Shown here piece after piece: positions 1-11,199 of a stretch of 64,000 nt of DNA. Under the pieces are notes generated by a model. That model was not told the DNA's origin. It saw nothing but the letters and a program-made list of their open reading frames with translations, and did no database searches. Position numbers and translations under genes: made by a program. The DNA lies in NCBI GenBank assembly GCA_964270895.1, contig OZ185438.1; one strand, 5' to 3'. The DNA comes from Podarcis filfolensis. Taxonomy: Eukaryota. The number at the start of each line of letters is the position of its first letter. The stretch's first letter is position 1.

Positions 1-531
1 CATGCATCTGTTCCTGGCAACATACTCCCAGAGTTGTCAGCTCCCAGTGCCAAAGAGTTAAAAGCATTTGAGTAAGTTCCCCTGTGTTACATAAATAGCA
101 CATAATTTCTAATTTCACACAGCTAAAATGGCCAAAAAAATACAGCCGCAAGCACCCCCCACCCCCACCCCTCATTGACAAGGGTTGAATTCAGGCTGTT
201 TGTGGGATCTACAGCATTTCTCTAATCCCAGCTCTGTGTCAAAAGGAGCAAATGAAAGACATCTTTTATTTTTCCAAAACAGAAACCCATTGTCCTCACC
301 TAATTGCTATATACTTCAGTGACAATTATACCTAAGTAAATCATGAATATTTCCTAAACTTTTTATACTACCTCAGGCACATGTCTATTCATGTTAATAC
401 GCATCCCAAAGTGAATGTATTATTGCTATCATAAAAACAGTATTTCAGCCTTAATTTCATTTTAAAATGTGATTAAGATTTTAACAAACTATTCCAGATA
501 CTGCATTCTTTGCATTCCACAAATGCTTTCG

Positions 532-690
532 GGCAGTGTGGCATACTGGATAGAGCACTGTATATGTGAACCTGGCTTCCAGAGATTTAAATCCCAACTC
601 AATAATTAACTCGCTGGGTGGCCCTGAATAAGTGACATACTCCTAGATCCCTGTATGTGAATAGCAACAACATTAGTCACTTACAGCTCA
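532..690 (+). mobile_element. Old tRNA-derived CORE-SINE (MIR-like) fragment
   Basis: Head gcagtgtggcatactggatagagcactg, a degenerate B-box region, then aactcgctgggtggccctgaataagtgac resembling the CORE domain. Confidence 0.55.
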
Positions 691-887
691 TATAAGGGGG
701 AAATAGTTTCTTTTAAAAAAGAAAAAAGGATGTTGTCTATTACAATATGTTCAGTGAAGTCACATAAAAAGGAAGATTATACCAAGGGAAAATAGGCTTG
801 CTCTTCAAACATCACAAACTGATAAATCTAAAATGACAGGAATAAGGAATAATATTCTAATTAAGTTTTTATTTTGTTTTTAGGGAA

Positions 888-894
<7 letters not shown>

Positions 895-942
<48 letters not shown>
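895..942. repeat. (AT)n microsatellite
   Basis: Direct reading. Confidence 0.95.
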
Positions 943-945
<3 letters not shown>

Positions 946-1223
946 AAGCTAGGAAGATGGCAAAATTCATTGTTTTGAAATGGATTTTAAGCAGACAGGC
1001 AAGTCAAGACAAGCATCGCAAACCCACCATTATGTTTCCAAGTTATAAAATCTCCCACACAACAGACAGAGGTGTATGCTTAGCACATTATCATATTTCT
1101 CCAATTCAGCCACCTTAATCTTAAAATAACTTGTTTCCTAAGTGCCAAGAACCAGCTACCAGCCAGATGAACAGCACTCATCAAAGCATGTAAACAGTAA
1201 GAATGAATGAAAGTCAAGAAACA

Positions 1224-1360
1224 CAGTGCTGGTCCACTTGGGCTTGGCTCAGGGGCAGACTTTGGTAATATGGCACCCTGGGTGATGACAAAATATGCCC
1301 CAACTCATATTTCTTATTTTCATAGTATTTTTTGTACTTGTATAAATATAGGTATATTAA

Positions 1361-1397
<37 letters not shown>

Positions 1398-1471
1398 TAT
1401 TATTATTATACGCCCCTCAGCTCAGTGCCCTATGTGCAGGAACCACCCGCACCACCCTAAATCTGGCACTG
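1224..1471. mobile_element. Non-autonomous DNA transposon (MITE-like) with internal (TTA)n at about 1354-1409
   Basis: Imperfect terminal inverted repeats cagtgctgg ... ctggcactg; no clear TSD. Explains spurious poly-Ile ORF 1207..1512. Confidence 0.45.
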
Positions 1472-2290
1472 CTTGGCTAAATCCACAGCTTAGTTTTAAA
1501 ACCCTTCTATAATTCAGTCACCGAGTAGAATTGTTCTACTGCTTAATTAAATCTGCATTTTAGTTCGCATCACTTTATAACAGCTTTAGCTTATATAGTG
1601 CATATTCGAGGGTACAGATAGTATTCAAGGAGGAAGAACATTAAACATGTGGCCTCCAATTATACTGTATTCTGATAGAAATATATTGGGTTCTATCCAA
1701 TGCCAGTCCTACTCAGAGAAAATGCATTGAAGTTAATGGACATGACTAACCGAGGTTCATTAATTTTAGTGGGTTTACTCTGAGTAGAACTTAGTTGGCT
1801 ACAACGCTTAATTTTCTATTGTGAGTTTTACAACTATACATATACCCTAGTTAACTCTGTAAAGAATCACATCAAAACATAGAATCTTTCTTTCTGGTGA
1901 GGCGGGACAAAGCTTTGTTGTAAGCTGCGAAGGGGTTTCCACAAAAGGTCCTGTGATTGGTCTCAATACAACATTTGCACTAAATTGCTGGAAAATATGG
2001 TAGGTTGGAGAGCTGGATAAGTACCCAGCCCACTGAAATGGTGGGGACAATGCAAATATAAATGATTCAAAAGGGTACTGTATTTAAAATGTGGTTCTGT
2101 GACTTGTATTTCAATTTCTTCACTTGTAACAAAAAGTATATTTAGTCCACAACTGCTCTCATCACAAATTCCCAGAAGATTTTATTATCCTTCTCCTAAA
2201 ATGCTAATCAAACTTTGTACAACTAGCAGAAGTCCTTCAGTAGTTGGGTCACCATGAACCTATCTGGATTTCAAATAGATTTTTACCCAC

Positions 2291-2434
2291 CTTCTGTTTT
2301 CTTCCAATATACTTTCACCTGAAGTTGATCATCTTGATAAAAAGGCACTCCGATTTCAAGAAGACGAGTGGGTCTTCTTCCTTTAAAGGATGGGGCAGCA
2401 TCAGTTGCTTTCTCAACTATAGATACCTGTTCTT
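2291..2434 (-). CDS. ANOS1: Anosmin-1 exon 9 (144 nt), linker and start of FnIII-3: (K)[47 protein letters not shown]
   Basis: Acceptor gtttgttttgcag, donor AAG|gtgggt; [25 protein letters not shown] matches anosmin-1. Confidence 0.95.
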
Positions 2435-3661
2435 CTGCAAAACAAACATCAGTGGGAAATCTGTGTTTTCATTGGTGAAGGGCATTGCTTTGATTCCATT
2501 GAATTCACAGGATATTGCAAATTATTCCATAAATGTAGGGTTTTTTAAAAAAGAAAAGTACACATACAGTAAGACATCCCATTAAATTACAATTCCCGAG
2601 TTCCTTGGGGAAGAGGAATGATGTAGAGAGTTGTGGTTAAAAATGGTATAAAAATGTGGTGTAGCTATATCCTAAGAATCAGAAATTGCCCCTTTCTTAA
2701 GCATCTGGATTTAACTTTTTTTGACAGCTTCGTTCCCATTCAGGGCTTATCATATTTGAAGAGGTCAAGATCTGGCATGAGCCACAACTGAAAACTACAT
2801 GAAACCACATTTAAAAGCTGTTCAGCCACATAAAGACATAGTTGGAGTATGCCTGAGAACATGCACATTTGGGGTGGGGCATGCCCACACTTCAGACCCA
2901 ATATTTTGGGGAGGAATCTCTACAAATGTAGATTAAATATAAACACACAAGACTATGATCAAACAGTACTATTATTTATTGCCAGTCCTCCCTTTTCACA
3001 TAAATAATGAACTAGGGAAAATAAATCCAAATACCTACACTTTTTTTTTCTCTCAGATTCACTTATTTTCTGCTTCTTTCTCAAAGAAGCCAAAAATTCC
3101 CTTGGAAGATCATGATATATATTCATAGCCAAAGTGAACCAAAATGAATTGCAGCCATTATGAATTCATATTATTCAGATAGTTGAACATTCAAATAAAT
3201 GCAATATTTGGCTAGGCCTTATATAGAGCCAACCAAAGCAGTAGTTGGTAAAACGATAACTTGTATATACAAGATCCAACCCAAAAAATATAAATTAACT
3301 AAACTAGAACAGAATATGTGGGGGAAAACCTCAAAGGTGAAATGGACATCAGACTTCACATAACTACATTCTCTGCTATTTGCTGAAGAAACAGGAAATA
3401 TTAGACAGCCCTAAAGCAGTGCTTTTAAAGTGAGTTGTAGTGATAACTCTATCAGTTCTGTACATTACATAGGAGAATGTGTTTCACGAACACATTTTAA
3501 GGTAGAATCCTGTTAAACGAGTTACAAAAGGAATTCCTAGTTAAGCTAATCTAGGACAGTGGACATGCCAGTTTCTCATGAGCTAACTATTAAAATGAAG
3601 CTTTACAAAGATTGTGCTTTACAAAGACCTGCCAAGATTGTGTCATACAAAAGTTGTTTTT

Positions 3662-3662
<1 letters not shown>

Positions 3663-3702
<40 letters not shown>
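3663..3702. repeat. (AAT)n microsatellite
   Basis: Direct reading; source of the poly-N and poly-I ORFs. Confidence 0.95.
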
Positions 3703-3703
<1 letters not shown>

Positions 3704-5384
3704 TGTCTATACTGCCTTCACAGGGCTGTTTGCAATGTAAAACACACTGTTAGTGTCAGGACTACAAAGATTAGACCTTTGCAAGTCATGCGTAGGCAAC
3801 AATAGGTAAAGTGATCTGTGACACTGCTTCTGAACTGCCAATCCAAAATATAAAAATCAATTGGGGGAATGATGGGACAGATAACACATTTCACAGAAAT
3901 ATGATCTACAAAAGAGGAAGAAGGAAAGTCAAGAAAATATTAAAAGTCCCAAAGTAGCTGAAGGTGTGAATTTAAAACTAGCTGTGGTAACGGAAAGAGT
4001 GAGTGAATATAAACTGCTGAAACCACAAAATTCACATGAGCAGATTAGGGTAACTGAAGCTAGACTGGCAAATATTTCATACACTGCAAATTGAATATGA
4101 TATGCAGCAGAGAACGGAAGCTAACTATCAAAAAGTAAAAATGTAACAACTACTCTTTTTCTCCATCACTTCTAATGTGCTTAGGGAAACTAGATGAAGT
4201 TTCAGAAGTTGGACACACGTAACATGTACAAAAAGAAACTCTATTGATGGTGACCACTTAAACATCAAACATTTTAGCCAAGAAGATGAACAAAGCAATT
4301 CGATTTCAGATATTTAACCTTATTTCCTGAAATCCCTCAATAAATAAATAGAACTGAGACTGGTGCTTTACAAAAGAATGTCCTCAATATATTGACTGGG
4401 AGACAAGACACATACAGAAATGAAGTTCCTGCCGTACGTCACCCAGGGCTGCTTCATAAATTATAGAAATCAGCATTATGTAACTCTTTGTATAACATGT
4501 GTCCTCACAGTGTCTCTCATAATACATAACAGCTATGCTCATGCTTTTGCTGTCTGTACACTGTAGATAATTATTAATTATCTCCTGCCTCCTTGCAGCA
4601 TTTAAATTGGCTCCTCATGTGTACATGCTATAGGAACTGAAGACCAATACTGGCTCTCATGGGACAACCACAAACTATAAAAAGAGAATAATAGTTCACA
4701 TATTCCCATGTGTAAGTACTTCTTAGTGCCTTCCATTTAGCTAACACTGGACAACATATAATCTATGAGCCAGACACATAACGTGAGCTAGACGTATAAC
4801 ACACATAATTTTTACCCAACTCAGAGATTCTTGCTGGAACTCCAAAGAATCTAAAAGAACCACACAGGCAGATCAGATTCCAGACTTTACCACAGAATCA
4901 GCACTGCCATGGGAGAAGGTTCTGACTGTGTAACATGACTGGGTCCTGCCCATGTAGTTAGTCATTTAAATATGGTCCCAGCCATGTGGGAAGTACTCAT
5001 GGACAAGAAGCAGCAACTCCCACATGTCTGGGTGAGTGTCTAAGGGCACCCAATTCAGAAGAAACAAAGGATCTGTTTTTCAGTCTCTTTCAAATGCTAC
5101 CATATTCAGCACTAACCTCTGCGGCACTCATTTTCAATGCACCTCTGGACTCACACATCCCTGAATGAAAGGAGGAGGCAATTTTCAAGCTATATCAGTC
5201 AAACTATTCTCTACACACAGGACGGTTGTGCTGCAAGTAGACTGCTAATGAAGTGGGAGAGCAGAGAGCATAAACTATGAATTGGACATGTAGCAAAGGT
5301 GTCACCTAGAACATTCATATAGACAGATATCCCCTTAAGCAAATGTTATGAGATGTTAGGTTTCTTTCTAAAAACGGCACTTAC

Positions 5385-5529
5385 TGTTAACAGCTGTCTG
5401 AGTGGAACTGAAGTAAAGAGACACTTTGGCACTTTTCAGGCGTACTTGACCCCAGTATGTAACTGCCTGCAGTTCCACCATGAAGTTACTGTTCGGCTGT
5501 AGGCCTTCAAGAACTACATAATTCTGGGA
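5385..5529 (-). CDS. ANOS1: Anosmin-1 exon 8 (145 nt), FnIII-2 C-half: [48 protein letters not shown](K)
   Basis: Acceptor ttttttaattatag, donor ACA|gtaagt; [19 protein letters not shown] matches human anosmin-1 as recalled. Confidence 0.96.
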
Positions 5530-6300
5530 CTATAATTAAAAAATAAAATATATGCACAGTTCAGTGATGGATTTCCTAAAACACAATCACATTAGAAGTT
5601 GTGTGTTCTATCAAATGAACAGGTGAAAGTAGATAAACTGTTGCTGTCTTCTACGCCAACTTAAATTCAATAAAGCAACCATTTTGCCTACAATATAGGT
5701 ACATTTTATTGCTTTGTGTGTGATGGTTAGGAAACATTTACCAGTCACAAAGCTGGCCGTTGCATTGATCCAACAAGGGGACTTGCTAAATAAAAAATTG
5801 TAAAAGCTGAGATTTTTTTTTATTTTTTTTAAATGGGATTGGAAGGTAGTTAGATTTTAGCACTCAGAGCTGGAGCAACTAGAACCATCTCCTCTTCCTT
5901 CGTTTCTTTTGTTGAGTTAGCAACATTTGGCTACATCACACTGTAGTACATTTGATACTATTGTACTTGAGCTGTATCAGATTTGGCAACAATTAGCTTA
6001 CTACAGCATGTATCCGTATGTGCTGGGGTGTCAAATCTTTCTTTACAGGTATGCAGACTGAAGACTAGTTGCCAATCAGTTAGTGCACCCTATGGGCTTA
6101 GTTGCAGCAGGGCACAGACAGTCCCAGTGAATCATGAATTCATCTATGTTCAGCAAAGTAGTGGGACATACCCACACTGTCTCTTACAATTTTTTTGCCT
6201 TTCGCCCTTGCTGTAGTTTTAGTTTTAAAAACCCAAATCAGTGGAGCATATGAAAGTCGTTGCCCAAATGTGTTTTGGGGGTGATATAAGACTATAGTCC

Positions 6301-6609
6301 ACCCCCATCGTTCTGCCCGGATGCTGAGGTCCAGCGCCGAGGGCCTTCTGGCGGTTCCCTCATTGCAAGAAGCAAAGCTACAGGGAACCAGGCAGAGGGC
6401 CTTCTCGGTAGTGGCGCCTGCCCTGTGGAACGCCCTCCCATCGGATGTCAAAGCGATAAATAACTACCTGACATTCAGAAGACATCTTAAGGCAGCCCTG
6501 TTCAGGGAAGTTTTTAATCTGTGATATTTTAGTGTATTTTTGGTTTTCTATGGAAGCCGCCCAGAGTGGCTGAGGAAACCCAGCCAGATGGGCGGGGCAC
6601 AAATAATAA

Positions 6610-6648
<39 letters not shown>
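6301..6648 (+). mobile_element. L2 LINE 3' end, 5'-truncated, with (TTA)n tail
   Basis: Encodes the L2-type ORF2 C-terminus RQRAFSVVAPALWNALPSDVK...FRRHLKAALFREVF (ORF 6321..6524), then the 3' UTR gccgcccagagtggctgaggaaacccagccagatgggcgggg and a tail. Confidence 0.85.
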
Positions 6649-7074
6649 GTGTTCTTTATTGTTATTCTCACACTAAACACAATCAGATTTGGTTTAAATG
6701 GCACCAGATACTACCTTAAACTATTATATTGCTATTTTGCTTTTTCTATTACTACAATGTGAATGTAGTCAAAGGTAGCCTACACAGGTTTCTGTGGAAA
6801 TGTCTGAATACAGTAAATTTAGTGTCTGCTACTTCAGTGAATGAACCACAAGTTGCCAATGGTGTGAAATCAAACATTGTTTTATTATTTTCCACACACA
6901 ACAAAAATAAATAGCCTTCTTTAAAGTTTTTATGTTCCCCTTTGATTACAGCCAACACCTTAATATTCTCTCTCTTTACTTTTTAGTATCATCTTAAGTC
7001 AAGGTGTTAAGTATCTTTGACTTAAGTCAAAGTTAACAAGGAATCTACAGTGCCACATTTTTAAATTTAATTAC

Positions 7075-7280
7075 CCCATCTGTAGTCTTCCTTCTCTTCT
7101 TTTTAGCTGGTACAAAAGACTTGCTGTTGACTGTCCAACTCCAGAAGACTTTGTAGTGATGGACTGGAATGTCAGGTTCCTCTGGAAGATCCCAAATAAT
7201 CTTGACACTTACACTTCCATCACTGTTCACTGTTGAGTTGGCAATTCGGAGATTAGATGGCGCAGGTGGAGCTGATGGGT
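7075..7280 (-). CDS. ANOS1: Anosmin-1 exon 7 (206 nt), FnIII-2 N-half: (D)[68 protein letters not shown]
   Basis: Acceptor ttctcccccaccag, donor GGG|gtaatt; overlaps supplied ORF 7045..7230; basic KKKRRK cluster retained. Confidence 0.97.
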
Positions 7281-7754
7281 CTGGTGGGGGAGAAGTAAAG
7301 TTAAGAGGGCAATTTGTGTTGCTTTACACATATGTAAACATCCAAATGTGCATACCAAGCTACAAGGTACGTGAGTATTAGGCAGCACAACTACAACCTG
7401 GTTTTTTTTGCTGCTTCTGATGTGTGCTGTATTGATATAAACTGAAAACTCAATGAAATATTCATTTGAAAATAAAGGTAACATACACAGTATGAATATT
7501 TACCAAAAAAAAAAAAAAGAATTACAACCACGTAATAATTAGGTCATTATATAAAAAATTAAGTCAATAATCCAGATAAATGTACTACAGGAACCAAGTA
7601 TCATAATGGAAAAGGTTCAATATTTTTAAAAATCTAAGATGCCAGAATTATCCATTTGCAGAATACACATTTTTGTTGTTAGGCCAAAGCTGATAGTTCA
7701 AAGATCACTTTCTGATTACTTTTGTGCAACTGGCATTTAGCCTTAGATTAGCCT

Positions 7755-8012
7755 AATTATTATTAATAATAATAATTAATTAATTAATTAATTAATTATA
7801 TACCCCACCCATCTGGCTGAGTTTCCCCCGCCATTCTGTGCGGCTCCCAATCAAGTGTTAAAAACAATACAGCATTAAATATTAAAAACTTCCCTAAACA
7901 GGGCTGCCTTCAGATGTCTTTTAAAAATAGGATAGCTGCTTATTTCCTTGACATCTGATGGGAGGGTGTTCCACAGGGCGGGCACCACTACTGAGAAGGC
8001 CCTCTGTCTAGT
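7755..8012 (-). mobile_element. L2 LINE 3' end, same family as 6301..6648
   Basis: Reverse complement of the same ORF2 end and 3' UTR (ccccacccatctggctgagtttcccc, aaaacttccctaaacagggctgcc); tail decayed to TAA/TAAT units. Confidence 0.85.
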
Positions 8013-8114
8013 AATGCAACTTACATGCAGCACAATTTGCACTGCAATTTTATAGCCCCTACTGCCAGAGAATTCACCCTTGCACTGCAGACCAAACTAG
8101 TAGGTCTCACAGGG

Positions 8115-8732
8115 TATCAGAGCTGGAGTCAAGGGTAGGTCAGCAATAAAAAAAGCATGGCGTCAGTGAAGTTAACTCTTTATTCAAATACGCACGGGTC
8201 TAGTGATCCTAGCAACTCATCCCAGTAGGACTTGTCCCAGTGAGGCAGTTGTGAGGATGAAGGTCCCTGCCTTTGCACCACTCTCTAAGGCTCCTCCTTT
8301 CCAGGGTCTTTCCCAAACAGTTGCAAACTTTGTCTGTGCACAACCAATCTCTTCTCTGCTCTGTTCATTTCTCTGTGTGGTCTGGGAGACCAGCAGGCAG
8401 GGGATCTAGTCACAGCAGGAGGGAGAGACTCCCTGGATTCTTCAGCAGCCTATTTCAACTCTGCCTCCTAGCCCCTCTCCTCTCCAGCCTCTGCTTCAGC
8501 CTCAAAGTTTGAATTGCCCTCTGCCACAGCCTATTCCTGCTCACTAAGCCCTGTTACCTCTTCTGCTTCCAACACATCCTCCTCTCCCAAGTCTGAGCCT
8601 TCTTCCTCTGACCACACATTGTCATCCGACCACCACTTTCCTAGCTCTGCACCTTCTTTCCCATGGTGTTCCCTTGAGGGTTCCTCAGTTGCTGCCTCCC
8701 ATCACTTTTCTGCATCCAGCCAGTCCATGCCA
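8115..8732 (-). mobile_element. Solo LTR, Gypsy-type (618 bp)
   Basis: Minus strand starts tggcatggactggctggatgcaga (compare tgtcatggattggctggatgcaga at 54087), carries AATAAA at 8184..8179 near its 3' end, and is flanked by caggg (8110-8114) and caagg (8733-8737), a 4/5 matching TSD. Gypsy assignment is inference. Confidence 0.65.
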
Positions 8733-9078
8733 CAAGGAGGGGGTGCTTTAGGGAGCATACCCAAACTGTAGGATTTTGCTACCCCTTCTGTAAAAAGATA
8801 TCTATACGAGCCACAGTAATAAGTGGCCTATCTGCCTTAGCCAGATAACATGAGGTTAATGCCATCTAACCACTCATCAAAAAGTAGCCTAGTTTAGGAT
8901 TGTTAACATCAGTTCGACTTCAGCCCCTCACTGCTTAAGGAATGACAAATGCCCAATGATGCAGTATTAGATTCAGAAAATTTAATCCCCCAGATTGAAC
9001 TAGCAGTTGTAATTTAGCATATGATATAGTAGCTTTATCTTGAGAAGGCAAGAAGTGTATAGCTATTGATAGACTTGT

Positions 9079-9080
9079 TC

Positions 9081-9121
<41 letters not shown>
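9079..9121. repeat. (TTG)n microsatellite
   Basis: Direct reading. Confidence 0.95.
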
Positions 9122-9293
9122 ATTTTATTTGTACCCTTCCTATCCGGTTTGGTTGCCCCAGCCAATTGAGCTGCGAGAGAAACCACATGTCTACTATGCC
9201 ATACTGAAATGCTGCTATAGTATTTTGAAAACCACACTTCATTTTGAATGTCATATTCCCTATGACATCAGCATATTCACACTGCTGGAGGAA

Positions 9294-9440
9294 GAGGGGT
9301 GCGGGGGAGTGCACTGCCCCTGGCACCACGATCCCGGTGGGGTGCAATCGCGGCTGTACCCCCACAGGTGGTGTGCCATGCCCCCCGGAATGCGCGTCAC
9401 GCCCCTGCGGGTGGTGTGCCATGCCACGTCCCCCGGTTCC
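9294..9440. repeat. GC/CpG-rich repeat fragment with a 16-bp direct repeat, probably DNA-transposon derived
   Basis: ggtggtgtgccatgcc at 9367-9382 and 9410-9425; sharp GC/CpG contrast with the flanks. Confidence 0.5.
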
Positions 9441-10062
9441 AGAGCATGAAGCTCCCCCACTGCATATTCACTATACAAAAACTGCATTTGCTTTGAAAAT
9501 ACAAAGAGAACTCAAATTCTCCAGGACTAGTTTCTTTAGCATTTAGCCTAAATGAAGTAACATTTGCACACTCTCCAGTATTTTAAAATTTCAGTGATGT
9601 ATTATGCTAGAGATAAAAAAGAGGAAAGAATAGATAGTGTACACAACAGAAGAAAATATTTGTGAGAGGTGAACTTTTTTAAAAACCAGTTTAATGGCAA
9701 GGAATCATGGGAATGGTTTTCTTTTGAAGGTGCTGAATATTTATCTGCCTTTAATAGAAGAAGAAGCCACCCTTTGCACCTTTTGTCAAAATCAAAGGAA
9801 GATAGTGGTTCCAAAGCAGTGTGTATACTAATATTATGGTAACAGGAGACTGGCACATTGTTTAAAAATACATTTGCTAGAAGAAATCTTTTGATACTCC
9901 TGATGTTTTATTATTATTATTCATTTATACCACAACCTTTATATGATCAATCTTACTCAGATTGATTTACAAATAAAAATGTGTCCCAGAAAATTAGAAA
10001 CAATGTTAAACAATAGGAAACAAATGAACAGAAGAATGATAAAACATGCTGCATATAATTCA

Positions 10063-10064
<2 letters not shown>

Positions 10065-10100
<36 letters not shown>
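10065..10100. repeat. (GT)n microsatellite
   Basis: Direct reading. Confidence 0.95.
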
Positions 10101-10102
<2 letters not shown>

Positions 10103-11012
10103 ATCCTTCTTTTTGAGCTACTACTTGGCAGTGAGTGAACCATCACTGTAGCAGATATTAACTGTTTTCTGCAGAGTTGTTAAAAATAGAATTGCAAGTG
10201 AACATTTTCTCAAAAGTGTAAGCCAAATGAACCCAATTCAAGCTAGAAGAAAAGTTATTGTATTTAACTGAACATTTAAAAATAGACATTGACATTTGCT
10301 CATTTAATGCACAGTTCACTTAGTTGTTTTTGTAACGGTAAATAAGATGCCAAATGCACTGTCCATGGCCAGACACATTAAGTTCATCAAATAAACTCCA
10401 AGATTAACGAGTTCACTGAAAAATCCTCTCATTTGTGGTATACAAACTGACACAACTACAATTAAGGAAGATAGGACTTCCTATTTAGAGATTAGTAGAT
10501 ATGAAATAATTCATTATCATGGGAGAAAATTGAATTGTATGTGCTTCCATCTTGACACATCCCAGTCAAAGTCCTGGGTTGTAAACACAGCAAATTTATT
10601 GCTGTGTTTTGCTCAACACTTCTGAGCAATGTAAACATTACTTGCATGATGGGGGGGGGATGTTTACTTCTCAGAACAGTTTAGCTCTCTTACTATAGTA
10701 TTCTCTTTTTTTCCTCAGGCAAACTGTTATGTTTTGGAAAGAGGAGACAGGCAATTGTTGTCTTACCTCTAGTTTCCTTTCATTTGCCTGCGCTTCTGTT
10801 GAAGGGTAAAATGGGTATATGCCTTTTGATTTTCCCGGCACATCCTGCTTTGTTTTTCTCTCCTCATAGCCTGCAGAAAGCATAGAGGGAAGGCAAGCAA
10901 GGCAAGGCACAGAATGACTTCTGAAATAGCCAAGACCATGCCCACCATTAGGAAAGGGCTGCACTGCTAAGAGGTTTACTGATCTGGCAAGAGCAGTATG
11001 GTTAGACATTTC

Positions 11013-11199
11013 CATAGAAGCCAACTCCTTAGGGCCTGAGGTCCCTTTGCCCCCCCCCAAAATATTTGAGGGAACAGCCCTCCCCCATTGATGGAATTTT
11101 CCATTCAAATGGTGTGTGTGTGCTGTATCTTGTAATTGATTATTTGGAGCGGGGCTTGCCTGCCCCCACCAATATTTTATTCAAGTTGGCAACCCTGTG
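11013..11199 (+). mobile_element. hAT-like MITE, same family as 63757..63930
   Basis: Starts catagaagccaactc, ends caatattttattcaagttggcaaccctg; shares ccattcaaatggtgtgt with the 63.8-kb copy. Confidence 0.6.

Noticed and set aside
1847-2050. ORF MSPPFQW... as an alternative ANOS1 exon
   Set aside because: Splicing exon 9 to the ttttccag acceptor at 1987 gives an immediate stop (GCA ATT TAG); no recognisable homology.
1-2290. ANOS1 exon 10 (DPTVNRYHVRWFPEACAHN-like)
   Set aside because: I scanned the minus strand by eye and found no matching peptide with splice sites; it probably lies left of the window.
3885-4093. Stop-free plus-strand frame of about 70 codons after a tttcacag acceptor-like site
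   Set aside because: No ATG, no recognisable protein and no supported partner exon; frames this long are expected by chance in 64 kb.
9690-9720. ggcaaggaatcatggga resembling the exon 3 KESW codons
   Set aside because: Wrong strand and no flanking similarity; the true exon 3 is at 29196..29258.
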